Below, piece by piece: positions 48,309 to 58,100 of a DNA stretch of 64,000 nucleotides. The DNA lies in the IMG/VR virus record IMGVR_UViG_3300011115_000879, positions 32,001-96,000 of that record. One strand, 5' to 3'. The position numbers were made by a program, and so were the translations under genes. This DNA is from a virus. Numbering within the stretch: the stretch's first letter is position 1; each line of letters opens with the position of its first letter. The notes under the pieces are model-generated. The model made no database searches, was not told where the DNA came from, and saw only the letters and a program-made list of their open reading frames with translations.

Positions 48309-49451
48309 ATGACAGTTATAGATAAAATACTAAATGAATGGTCTTATCGCTGTAGCGATGGGATTGTAGATATGAATAATCCTACTAAACGAGAGATATT
48401 AAATATAATATTGAAGGAAAATGGTGTTGAATTAGAAGAAGCTAAACCTAAGAAAGAAAAACCAGTTGAAGAAGAAGATACATCTGATATAGGAAATATA
48501 ATATCTACTTTAAAATCAGTAGGAATTAGAAAAGATATTCTTAATGATATTAAAAATATATTATTAAATTATAATGAAGATCAGTTAAAAAATTTCATAA
48601 GCAAATTTAGAACATACGATATAAATAATATCACTGATATTTATAAAACATTCTCTGATTTTTTCAATATTACTACTAAAGGATTAGGTAGAGGTGAAGT
48701 TATGTTAATTATAGGATTAAAAGATAGTAAGTCCGGTGGTACATCATCTAAAGATATAGAAATAAAAGGTAAAGTATACGAAGTAAAGGAATTAGCGGGT
48801 GGTGAATTTAGTTTAGCTAGTGATGGTTATATCGGTGGTACTACTTACCTTCAAAATTTAAACACATTTAAGAAATATTTAACAAAAGAGATTGTACCGG
48901 CTTTAGATATTACTGAAGATGAAGCTAATACTTTATACGAAACTATAAACTATTATACTGAAAATGGTCCCAATAATGCCTCACGAGGATTTTTGATTAA
49001 TTTAGAAAAATCATGTGAAATATTAAAACAAAATATTACTAAAACTAGCATCCAAACTATAAATTATATTACTGTTAGAGGTAAAAAAATAGCAATTAGT
49101 GATGAAGATTGGGATAAAATACAAGCAGGAAGTGGTCCTGTAAATATATCTTTTGGGGATGAAGTTAGTGAAGTTAAAATTAATTTATCTAAATTAGATA
49201 AACACCCTTGGGTTTTAAATCCAAAAGAAATAAAAGATAATTTAAATACCATATGGGATTCATTTCTTAATAAAATAGAAGGAATAATAGCTTTTAAATA
49301 TCAAGATAAATCAGAAGGAATATTTTTAACTAAAGAAGAAGTAAAAGAAAATTTTATACCTTTTAGAATTGTTCAAAACTCCTTACTAGCAAAAGAAAAA
49401 TCAATAGTAAATAAGAAAAAAGAAATAACAGAAGAATATGACACAATTTAA
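48309..49451 (+). CDS. Putative PD-(D/E)xK restriction-like nuclease
   Basis: GRGE..GG...D.....YEVK pattern. Confidence 0.5.
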   Translation: MTVIDKILNEWSYRCSDGIVDMNNPTKREILNIILKENGVELEEAKPKKEKPVEEEDTSDIGNIISTLKSVGIRKDILNDIKNILLNYNEDQLKNFISKFRTYDINNITDIYKTFSDFFNITTKGLGRGEVMLIIGLKDSKSGGTSSKDIEIKGKVYEVKELAGGEFSLASDGYIGGTTYLQNLNTFKKYLTKEIVPALDITEDEANTLYETINYYTENGPNNASRGFLINLEKSCEILKQNITKTSIQTINYITVRGKKIAISDEDWDKIQAGSGPVNISFGDEVSEVKINLSKLDKHPWVLNPKEIKDNLNTIWDSFLNKIEGIIAFKYQDKSEGIFLTKEEVKENFIPFRIVQNSLLAKEKSIVNKKKEITEEYDTI

Positions 49452-49686
49452 CCCACTAGATACAATTACAGTAGACGTACCATTATTCATACGCCTATTA
49501 GAATACGCCCGTGAAGACGCTAAAACCGATATGGATTTACATAACGTAGCTGAAAACGCAATCACATTAAGCGAAACCGGTAAAACATTAAAAATGACTG
49601 ACTATGATGCTATTGTTAAAGATGGCGGACAAGAAGGAACAATAGCTGAATCTAAAAGAATGCAGAAGTTAGCTAATATAAACTAA
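49438..49686 (+). CDS. Hypothetical protein with C-terminal IAE..RMQKLA motif
   Basis: DVPLFIRLLEYAREDA module. Confidence 0.7.
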   Translation: MTQFNPLDTITVDVPLFIRLLEYAREDAKTDMDLHNVAENAITLSETGKTLKMTDYDAIVKDGGQEGTIAESKRMQKLANIN

Positions 49687-49819
49687 ACATACAGACTAGA
49701 TTCATTGCCTAGTCGCATCGGAATAAAATAATCAAAGTAGTGGCTCATCTTAATAGATGGGCCATCTTCTATTTGAAAAATAGGTGGTTGGTCTGATGGA
49801 AAGTCGTATATTTATTGTC

Positions 49820-50443
49820 ATGATAAGCATATACATTTTAGAAAGAAATGGGATACCATTTTATGTAGGTAAAGCAAATGATGTAATAAGACGAAAACAC
49901 AAACACCATCAAACATATGGTCCTGATATAACATTAACTATTGTTGATAAAGTTGAAGATTGGAAATATTGGGAAGAGTATTGGATTGAACAGTTTAAAG
50001 CATGGGGGTTTATTTTATTAAATCAAAATAAAGGTGGTGGTGGTCCTGAACGATATACTGAAGAACAGAAACAAAAAATGAGAAAACCTCGTATAATAGG
50101 AACTGGAGATAAAATAAGTAAAACATTGAAACAAAGAAATCATTCACAATATTATACTGAAGAAGTTAAACAGCGAATAAGTGAAGGAAATAAAATACTA
50201 AAACCATTCTCAGATGAACATAAACAAAATATGGGTATAGCTAAACGTAAACAAGCAACACCTGTACTTATGTTTGACTTAAATAATAATTTAATTAAGG
50301 AATGGGAGAGCAAAGGTCAAGCAGCAGAATGGATTAAAGAACAAACAGGTAAAACAAGTAATGTAACATCACAGATTAAAGATTGTATTTTGGGGAGGCA
50401 AAAAACAGCGTTTAAATTTAAATGGAAATATAAAACAATATGA
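49820..50443 (+). mobile_element. Free-standing GIY-YIG homing endonuclease with NUMOD3/NUMOD1-like domains
   Basis: IYIL..FYVG..R...H..E..N; repeated (T/S)EE.KQK; C-terminal V.MFDLNNNLIKEWES; start revised after late motif. Confidence 0.75.
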
Positions 50444-51750
50444 AATACACAAAGAAAATTGTAATTGTAGGAAGTGGTGTAGCTGGTATTAATGCCGCTA
50501 CCAAATTAGTAGATAACGGTTATCCTGGTGAATTAATCACTATTATTGATAAAGGTAATGATCCTCATAATAGATTACCAAGTGAAGTTATGTGTGGTTT
50601 CGCAGGAGCAGGAGCGTGGAGTGATGGCAAACTAACTTACCATACAGCAATCGGTGGTCAATTAGCTAAGTATTGTGGTGAAGAAAAAGCTATGGAATTG
50701 ATGGATCAAGTCATTAGTAACTTCAGACGCTTTCACCCCAAACCAGAAGAAATATTCTGTTCTGATCCAGTAGCTGAACCAGACTTCATTAAACCATACT
50801 TTGGATTACGTTTATTTCCTGTATGGCATATTGGTAGTAACTATCTACATGAGATTGCTAAAGCATGGTATCAATATTTAGTTGATAAAGGTGTTAATTT
50901 TATGTGGAATAAAGAAGTAAAACGCATAGCATTTGAATCAGATTTTATTTTGTATGATAAGAATAGCAAGTTAGGTACTATGCTTAAATTAAATTATGAC
51001 GAATTAATATTTGCAGTAGGTAAATCAGGTATTGACTTTGCTCAAAAACTATCAGACGACTATAAACTACCAACTGAACCTAAATCAGTACAAATTGGAG
51101 TACGCTTTGAAGCACCACAGAAATATTTCCAAAAACTAATTGATATATCATATGATTTTAAATTATATCAGAAATTCGATAATGTATCTTTACGTAGCTT
51201 TTGTACTAACAACAACGCGGCTTTCGTTGCTGTTGAAGAAACGTACGGCGATGTAACATACAATGGTCACGCTAAGAAAGGTGAAGAATTTAGAAACAAC
51301 ATGACTAACTTTGGTATCTTAATGGAAATTAAGGGTATTGAAGATCCATTTAAATGGTCACGCGATGTAGTAGAAAAATTACAAAGCGAAGGAACAGGAT
51401 TGTATTTCTCACCATCACGTACACCAGCATTAACATCTGAAGGTGTAACAGTATCTGCTACTCAAATTAAAAGTTTAGTACCCTTTGAAGAAGCATTAGG
51501 AGAATACTCAAAATATATTATGGATTTTATCATTCAAATGGATAAAGTATTTAAATTTGGTGATGATTGGGGTATGTATATCCCTGAAGTAAAGTATTTA
51601 AGTCCTGAACCATTAGTAAACTATACAAACTTAGCATTAAATGAATTTCCAAATGTACATTTCGTTGGCGATGCATTAAGTGCTCGTGGTATTACTGTAT
51701 CAGGCGCTCATGGAATTTATGTTTCTGAATATTTATTAACAAACGTATAA
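50440..51750 (+). CDS. FAD/NAD(P)-dependent oxidoreductase (uncharacterised dehydrogenase family)
   Basis: GSGVAG, GAGAWSDGKL, IGVRFE, RSFC, FVGD..RGI. Confidence 0.88.
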   Translation: MKYTKKIVIVGSGVAGINAATKLVDNGYPGELITIIDKGNDPHNRLPSEVMCGFAGAGAWSDGKLTYHTAIGGQLAKYCGEEKAMELMDQVISNFRRFHPKPEEIFCSDPVAEPDFIKPYFGLRLFPVWHIGSNYLHEIAKAWYQYLVDKGVNFMWNKEVKRIAFESDFILYDKNSKLGTMLKLNYDELIFAVGKSGIDFAQKLSDDYKLPTEPKSVQIGVRFEAPQKYFQKLIDISYDFKLYQKFDNVSLRSFCTNNNAAFVAVEETYGDVTYNGHAKKGEEFRNNMTNFGILMEIKGIEDPFKWSRDVVEKLQSEGTGLYFSPSRTPALTSEGVTVSATQIKSLVPFEEALGEYSKYIMDFIIQMDKVFKFGDDWGMYIPEVKYLSPEPLVNYTNLALNEFPNVHFVGDALSARGITVSGAHGIYVSEYLLTNV

Positions 51751-51751
51751 T

Positions 51752-52153
51752 ATGAGTATAAAAAGATTGCGCGAATCTATTCGTCGTATCATATTGCAAG
51801 AGTTAAATGAAAATCTTACAATTAAAGGAAAAAAAGTTAAAACATACAAACAAAATGGTGATAAATCATACGCTGTTGTATATGATGATGGTACCAAAGC
51901 TACAATAATGGTAAGTGATAAGGAATGGGATAATCTTAATGATGCACCTAAATTATCTGAAAACTCACCTGCACCTTCTAAACCAAGGGAAAACCCAGGA
52001 CCAGCAATCGCACCAGGTAAACCAGGTGAAAAAGACAAACCACGTCGTCCATTAGGAAATCCTAACGTTAAACCTGCTCCTAAAGCAAAAGCAACAATGG
52101 ATGAAGCAGAAATGCTAGCTAAGATTATCAAACGCTTTAAATCTAAAAAATAA
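51752..52153 (+). CDS. Putative head-internal protein
   Basis: LRESIRRIILQELNE leader; Pro-rich. Confidence 0.65.
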   Translation: MSIKRLRESIRRIILQELNENLTIKGKKVKTYKQNGDKSYAVVYDDGTKATIMVSDKEWDNLNDAPKLSENSPAPSKPRENPGPAIAPGKPGEKDKPRRPLGNPNVKPAPKAKATMDEAEMLAKIIKRFKSKK

Positions 52154-53166
52154 TGGCTCGTTTATTAGAAGTAGAATATGATAAAATATTCTCGCCAAAA
52201 ACAATGGCTGGTTTAAAGGGTAAAACAGCTGCATCTCTAAAGCAAATGGTTGGTAATAAATCATTAATGCAAACATTAATGAAATCTCAAGAGGTATTAG
52301 ATGAAATTGTCGATGCTGAAGAAGGATACCGTGATGAATTAGAAATGGTAGCTGCCCAAATGGTAACAGATGCATACCCAATCATTGGCTACGCTAACAT
52401 CAAAATTGATGCTAAAATAGCCGGCCTGGGGGATATGAATATTGAACCTGGTGATGGTGAAGTAAGCATAGATGAAATGCCTGAAACTGAAGAAACTGAT
52501 AAAGCAAAACGCCGTATCATTAATGGTATTACACAAGGTGCATCAATTAGAGGTGCTTTTGGTTTTATGCTATTTAAAGAATATATAGACGCTATCAACC
52601 CAGCATTAGTAGAAAAATATAACGAAATCCTAAAAATGGCATTCGGTATATATGATGACGAAAATGCAATTGCAATGATGTTAGCAGCATTAGCTCAAGG
52701 ACAAAAAATGCAAGGTGGTGAAAGCGAAATGGAATATGATGAAGAAAATGAGCAATTTGTTATTAAAGCGAAAGCAATATGCTTCCCAATGCTTGTACAT
52801 GAAATCGTAAAAGGATTGTATGAAATCGTTGGTACAGAAGGTTTTGGTGCTGATAAAGAAAAAAACCAAGCTATCGTAGGTGCTGTAGATAAATTATCAA
52901 ATGAACCTAAAGATTTACAATTAGGTAAATTCATATATGATGCTGTAAGTAAAATATATAATGAAAGTAATATTGATGATGCACGTGTACGTGAATTATT
53001 CTTTGCTGAAGTATATAAATTAAATGATATGGAATTTATTCCATTCATTGAGAATGCTATCAACGATGAATTAACTAACAGTCAAAAACAATGGGCTTCA
53101 AACACAATGAAGGATATTGAACGCGACTTAAAGAAAGATGATACTGGACTTTCAGGATTGGATTAG
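52153..53166 (+). CDS. Conserved-looking hypothetical protein (KRR..N..TQGA; FP.LVHE..KG)
   Basis: Coupled ORF; MARLLE start. Confidence 0.7.
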   Translation: MARLLEVEYDKIFSPKTMAGLKGKTAASLKQMVGNKSLMQTLMKSQEVLDEIVDAEEGYRDELEMVAAQMVTDAYPIIGYANIKIDAKIAGLGDMNIEPGDGEVSIDEMPETEETDKAKRRIINGITQGASIRGAFGFMLFKEYIDAINPALVEKYNEILKMAFGIYDDENAIAMMLAALAQGQKMQGGESEMEYDEENEQFVIKAKAICFPMLVHEIVKGLYEIVGTEGFGADKEKNQAIVGAVDKLSNEPKDLQLGKFIYDAVSKIYNESNIDDARVRELFFAEVYKLNDMEFIPFIENAINDELTNSQKQWASNTMKDIERDLKKDDTGLSGLD

Positions 53167-53200
53167 CAAGATTTCCTTCGTAACTTTAAAATAAAAAACG

Positions 53201-53446
53201 ATGGAAAGTAATTTAGAAACAAAACGTCTTAAATCATCTGATGGAACTATAGCGTATTATTGTTTAGGTAAAATGCATAATTGGGAAGGACCAGCATTAA
53301 TCCCTCAAGGAAATAAACGCAAAGCTGAATATTATTTGTTTGGTATTAAACATACAAAAACTCAGTGGGAAGAAAAGAAAAAAGATGTTCATGGTCAACC
53401 ATGGTATAAAACATCAGCTGGTAAAGCAGCAGGAGCAAGAATGTAA
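53201..53446 (+). CDS. Small protein with H..(D/E)GPA repeat-type motif
   Basis: GKMHNWEGPALI..EYYLFG. Confidence 0.7.
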   Translation: MESNLETKRLKSSDGTIAYYCLGKMHNWEGPALIPQGNKRKAEYYLFGIKHTKTQWEEKKKDVHGQPWYKTSAGKAAGARM

Positions 53447-53452
53447 AAAAAT

Positions 53453-53483
53453 AAGGACCGTCAAGGTCCTTTTTTTATCTTTA
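53453..53483 (+). terminator. Terminator hairpin overlapping early-type promoter
   Basis: AAGGACC-GTCAA-GGTCCTT, T-run; GTCA-N12-TATCTTTA. Confidence 0.7.
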
Positions 53484-53487
53484 TAAC

Positions 53488-53745
53488 ATGGAAGAAAGAA
53501 GAGGAAGACCAAAAGAAATAATAGTAGAAGAAGCACCACGTAAGTATACTAAAGTATATGAGTACGAGGATTCAACAGAAACTTGGGTTTATAATTTAGA
53601 CAAACATCATGGTCCTATTAGCGTTGATATTAAGTATAAGAACAATGTTGACAAAAATTGGGCTAAGAGACAAAAAGAACAAAAGCGAATAGATAGTAGT
53701 ATGCGCAAAATAAAAAAAGCACAATCACTTAAAACACAAAAATAA
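53488..53745 (+). CDS. Basic protein with N-terminal RRGRPK
   Basis: ATG 4 nt after promoter box. Confidence 0.65.
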   Translation: MEERRGRPKEIIVEEAPRKYTKVYEYEDSTETWVYNLDKHHGPISVDIKYKNNVDKNWAKRQKEQKRIDSSMRKIKKAQSLKTQK

Positions 53746-54266
53746 TGAGAATAGGGTTATGTGGAACAATTAGTGTAGGAAAAACTACATTAGTAAAAGC
53801 GTTAAAAGAATTAGAGCAATTTAAAGATTATGAAATTGCAACTGAACGTAGTAAATACTTACGCGATCAAGGTGTAGCATTAAATACAGATTCTACAATA
53901 AAAGGTCAATTGGTGTTTGCTGCTGAACGTAGTATTGAATTAATGAAAGAAAATATCATTACTGATAGAACAATATATGATGTTACTGCATTTACACTCA
54001 GTGCTAAATCAATTGGGTGGACTGAAAAGCGATATTTTACTGAATTATTAATGATACTACGCGACGAATATGATTTACTAATTTATGTATCGCCTGAAGG
54101 TGTTGAACTTGAAGATAATGGTGTTCGTACTACAGATGCTGAATATAGAGAAAAAATTGATCTTTGTATAAAAGAAATGTTAGACGAATTCAAACACAAA
54201 AATTTATTAACAGTAAAAGGTACAACTGAAGAACGTATCGCTACTATCATCTCTCATCTAAATTAA
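53745..54266 (+). CDS. P-loop NTPase/kinase (NadR/AAA_28-like)
   Basis: GTISVGKTT, TDRT..D, EDNGVR. Confidence 0.85.
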   Translation: MRIGLCGTISVGKTTLVKALKELEQFKDYEIATERSKYLRDQGVALNTDSTIKGQLVFAAERSIELMKENIITDRTIYDVTAFTLSAKSIGWTEKRYFTELLMILRDEYDLLIYVSPEGVELEDNGVRTTDAEYREKIDLCIKEMLDEFKHKNLLTVKGTTEERIATIISHLN

Positions 54267-54302
54267 ATATTTATGGATATCACCACAACTGAATTAAAAA
54301 CA

Positions 54303-55280
54303 ATGAAAGCCAAACAACTACGCAGAATAATACAAGAAGTTATAAATGAAGCTACAGAAGTAGATGTTAAAACTGCTAAAAAAGCAGCATTAGATCTAAA
54401 AATGAAATATGCTGATGCTGAATCAAAAGCCGCTGCTCTTGAAAAAACAGTAGCTTCTAGTCAAAAAGCAGCAATAAGTGAAATGGAAATTGATGAAATG
54501 GCTCGTATCGCTAAAGGATTTAGATTAGCTGATCCAAATCTTAATGCTTCTCAATACGCTACAAAACGCATAAGCGGAACTTCAATGGCTGATGTTATTG
54601 AATTTTTTAGAGAAAATCCAGGTGCTGAAAAAACAGCATTACAAGCACAATTTGGTTTCGTTCGCCCACAAATCGCAAACGCAATAGTAAATGGTTTATT
54701 AGATGCAGGTGTATTAGTTAAGTTAGGAGCAGGTGGTGAAGAAGAAGCACCAGTAGCACCAGGCGAAACAGTACCAACACAAGCAACTGAACCAGAAGAT
54801 ATGTTCATGGGTAGTGCTGAAAATCCATTATCAATGTATTTTGATGATGAACCAAATGCAGACGGAAGCGAAAATTTCACTGATGATGAAGAACCAGATG
54901 CCGGTGAAATTGAAAAAAGCAATATGGCCGCTGGTGGTATGTCTGATGCTGATTATGAAGCTTGGATGAAATATGGTGAATTAAAACAACGTTTAGATTC
55001 TACAAAAAGCAATATCTTAAAATTAAGAAAAAATAAAGGTGGATCTTTTGGAGATATATCAGATAAACCATCAACTGAATTACAACGCTTACGTGATTTA
55101 AAATTATCATTAGAAGAAAGAATTGTAGCTTTAATTGCTTCATCTCCATATCTACAAGCTAAACTTAAGAAAGAAGAACCTATAGTTCCTGTTATTGAAC
55201 CTGAAGAAGAAACAGAAGTAGAACCATTAGATGAATGGACAATACGTAAAATGCAATATTATGCTGGAATTAGTAAGTAA
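54303..55280 (+). CDS. Acidic putative head-internal protein
   Basis: LRRIIQEVINE leader; C-terminal LDE..RKMQYYAGI; start revised. Confidence 0.65.
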   Translation: MKAKQLRRIIQEVINEATEVDVKTAKKAALDLKMKYADAESKAAALEKTVASSQKAAISEMEIDEMARIAKGFRLADPNLNASQYATKRISGTSMADVIEFFRENPGAEKTALQAQFGFVRPQIANAIVNGLLDAGVLVKLGAGGEEEAPVAPGETVPTQATEPEDMFMGSAENPLSMYFDDEPNADGSENFTDDEEPDAGEIEKSNMAAGGMSDADYEAWMKYGELKQRLDSTKSNILKLRKNKGGSFGDISDKPSTELQRLRDLKLSLEERIVALIASSPYLQAKLKKEEPIVPVIEPEEETEVEPLDEWTIRKMQYYAGISK

Positions 55281-55623
55281 ATATAAAACACAAATTAAGT
55301 ACGGCTTATATGCCGTGCTTTCTTTGTTTGTAATATATGGGATGATCTATATATTCACTCCAAAACCCCAAATGCCGATTGATTTTAAGGCAACTATCGA
55401 TTCATTGATAAAAGCAAATGCCGCACTGCAAGCTAAACAACTTGAAATTGATAGTACTATTGGTAGATATGAAAATGAAGTTGATATTTTAAATGGAATG
55501 ATAGGAAGTATAACAGAAAAAACTACTATCATTAGAGAATACTATCACGAACAAAGTAATACAGCTGGTAAGTATACTCCAACACAAGTAGATTCATTCT
55601 TTAAATCAAGATATAAATACTAA
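55261..55623 (+). CDS. TM plus coiled-coil protein, possible inner spanin
   Basis: N-terminal TM then coiled coil. Confidence 0.45.
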   Translation: MLELVSKYKTQIKYGLYAVLSLFVIYGMIYIFTPKPQMPIDFKATIDSLIKANAALQAKQLEIDSTIGRYENEVDILNGMIGSITEKTTIIREYYHEQSNTAGKYTPTQVDSFFKSRYKY

Positions 55624-55624
55624 T

Positions 55625-56017
55625 ATGAAACTATTTTCTATAGTAGTAGCACTTCTACTCTCAACAACAACACAAGCTCAAGATACAATTAAAATACCGG
55701 CACCTGTAGCTAAACAAATCGTATTAGATTTAATTAGTGGTGATAGTGCTAAAGCTGAATTAGGTTTAGTACAACAACAACTAACATTAACAAATAAAGT
55801 TGTTGTATTAAAAGATAGTATCATATCTAACTATGTTCAAAAATGTAATATTTATGATGAGCGTATCACTAATGAGCAAGCTAAATATAACGTACAAGGT
55901 TTGTATGTTAAACAATTAGAAAAGAGTAATAAAAAATTAAAAATAAAATTAATATTCACTAAAATAGTATCAATTGCTGTTGCCGGTTCAATTAGCTATT
56001 TTTACTTAATAAAATAA
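55625..56017 (+). CDS. Exported coiled-coil protein, possible spanin-like lysis protein
   Basis: Signal peptide (AQ), coiled coil, C-terminal TM. Confidence 0.45.
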   Translation: MKLFSIVVALLLSTTTQAQDTIKIPAPVAKQIVLDLISGDSAKAELGLVQQQLTLTNKVVVLKDSIISNYVQKCNIYDERITNEQAKYNVQGLYVKQLEKSNKKLKIKLIFTKIVSIAVAGSISYFYLIK

Positions 56018-56020
56018 AAA

Positions 56021-56338
56021 ATGAAACAACCAATCAACGAAATCCGCAGAATGCAGCAATTAGCTGGTATCTTAAATGAAGAAATGGGTGAGTTTAAAGA
56101 GGTTCCATCAAGTGCCGTAGTTAGTGGAAAATCTATTGTTACTGACGGTGAAAATTACTACGTATACAAAACCTCGTTAGGAGCATCTAACGAAAATACA
56201 GCTTTCTTTGTATACGATATGAAAGGTAATGAACTAAATAAATATGATCTAGTGGATGATAAAGCGACTATAGGACAAAGTCGTAAACTAAAAGCAGCAG
56301 TAGACGCATTAGAACAAATAAGCGGATTAGGTTTATAA
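56021..56338 (+). CDS. Putative head-internal protein (MKQPINEIRRMQQLAGILNE leader)
   Basis: Leader nearly identical to that of 63672. Confidence 0.7.
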   Translation: MKQPINEIRRMQQLAGILNEEMGEFKEVPSSAVVSGKSIVTDGENYYVYKTSLGASNENTAFFVYDMKGNELNKYDLVDDKATIGQSRKLKAAVDALEQISGLGL

Positions 56339-56423
56339 TATAAAGTAAAATACATAAAAATAATTGTTCTAGTCTACCTTAGGAACATACCGTTAAGCAT
56401 TTCTAGACCGATGCGAAACACAT

Positions 56424-56453
56424 ACCTAACCCCGTAAGGTTAGGTTTTTTTTT
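56424..56453 (+). terminator. Intrinsic terminator
   Basis: ACCTAACC-CCGTAA-GGTTAGGT followed by T-run. Confidence 0.85.
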
Positions 56454-56472
56454 GCTTTGTATATTTATATAT

Positions 56473-58068
56473 ATGAGCAACCCACAAGCTAATATAAAGG
56501 AAATAATAAAGCAGGAGTATATTAAATGTGCAACAGATCCTGTCTATTTCTTTCGCAAATACTGCTACATATCTCACCCCGTTAAAGGTAGAGTACTATT
56601 CCATTTATATCCATTTCAAGGAGATGTATTAAATGATTTTAGAAATAATCGTTTTAGTATTATAAATAAATCTAGACAGCTAGGTATATCTACTCTATCA
56701 GCCGGATATTCTCTATGGTTAATGATGTTTAATAAAGATAAAACTATACTTTGTATAGCCACTACTCAAAAAACAGCAGCCAACATGATTGAGAAGGTAC
56801 AGTTTATGTACAATAACTTACCATCTTGGCTACGAGGCAACCAAAAACCATTAGCAGATAATAAATTATCACTCAAACTACCAAATAACTCTCAGATTAT
56901 AGCAGCATCCGCCGCATCCGATTCTGGCCGTTCATATGCTGTATCACTACTAATAGTGGATGAAGCAGCATTTATTGAAGGTATTGATAAAATATACACG
57001 AGTGTTAAACCAACAATTGCTACAGGTGGAGGTATTATAGCATTATCATCACCAAATGGTGTTGGTAACTGGTTTCATAAGATGTATACTGAAGCTGAAT
57101 TAGGTAAAAACGATTTTAAAGCAATTAAATTAAGATGGGATTTACACCCCGATAGAACAGGAGATTGGGAGCAAACAGAACGAGCAAACATGTCATTACG
57201 TGAATTTGCTCAAGAGTATGACTGCGATTTCTTAGGTTCAGGAAATTCACTAATTGAACCAGATAACTTATCTTTCTATGAGCAAACATTTATTCAAGAA
57301 CCTATGGAACGCCGCTTTATGGGTGGTGACTATTGGGTGTGGCAGTATCCTGACTATAGTAAGTCTTATATTGTATGTGCTGATGTGGCTCGCGGTGATA
57401 GTAGTGACTACTCAGCATTCCATGTTATCGATGTTGAAGCGTGTGAGCAAGTAGCAGAATATAAATCTCAGATAGATACTCGCTCATATGGTAATATGTT
57501 AGTATCGGTAGCTACTGAGTATAACAACGCTTTACTGGTAGTAGAAAACGCGAATATCGGTTGGGACGTCATAAACACTATAATCGAAAAGGGATATCAG
57601 AATTTGCATTATTCACCTAGAATAAATGGTGATATAAGTGCAGATAAATGGTTATCTAAAATGGAATCTGAACAAACAGTACCTGGATTTACAACATCAG
57701 CAAAAACAAGACCTCTTGTCATTGCAAAAATGGAGTCGTACATTCGAGACAGACATTTTATCTTTCGTTCTAGAAGATTATTAGAAGAACTACGTGTATT
57801 CATTTGGATGAATGGTAAAGCACAAGCACAAAGTGGTTATAATGATGATTTAGTAATATCTTTAGGAATAGGCTTATTTACTAGAGATACAGGAATAAAA
57901 TTTCATTCACAAGGACTAGAATCATCACGAGCAGCAATAGCTGGTATATCTAGTACAGGATATGGAGGTGGATATGGTAATATGCCTATGATGCCTAATG
58001 GTACACCCAATCCCTACCAAATGGAAACGCAATATGGTGTTGAAGATTTAGGTTGGATGATGGGATAA
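56473..58068 (+). CDS. terL: Terminase large subunit (T4 gp17-like)
   Basis: LYPFQ, KSRQLGIST, VDEAAF, SSPNG, QEY.C.F, ADVARG..DYS, NDDLV. Confidence 0.95.
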   Translation: MSNPQANIKEIIKQEYIKCATDPVYFFRKYCYISHPVKGRVLFHLYPFQGDVLNDFRNNRFSIINKSRQLGISTLSAGYSLWLMMFNKDKTILCIATTQKTAANMIEKVQFMYNNLPSWLRGNQKPLADNKLSLKLPNNSQIIAASAASDSGRSYAVSLLIVDEAAFIEGIDKIYTSVKPTIATGGGIIALSSPNGVGNWFHKMYTEAELGKNDFKAIKLRWDLHPDRTGDWEQTERANMSLREFAQEYDCDFLGSGNSLIEPDNLSFYEQTFIQEPMERRFMGGDYWVWQYPDYSKSYIVCADVARGDSSDYSAFHVIDVEACEQVAEYKSQIDTRSYGNMLVSVATEYNNALLVVENANIGWDVINTIIEKGYQNLHYSPRINGDISADKWLSKMESEQTVPGFTTSAKTRPLVIAKMESYIRDRHFIFRSRRLLEELRVFIWMNGKAQAQSGYNDDLVISLGIGLFTRDTGIKFHSQGLESSRAAIAGISSTGYGGGYGNMPMMPNGTPNPYQMETQYGVEDLGWMMG

Positions 58069-58100
58069 GTAAATATTTATTGACATAATAAAAACAAATA

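Noticed and set aside
49713-56416. 9-nt complementarity TCGCATCGG/CCGATGCGA between two intergenic elements
   Set aside because: Does not extend on either side and is 6.7 kb apart; plausible by chance
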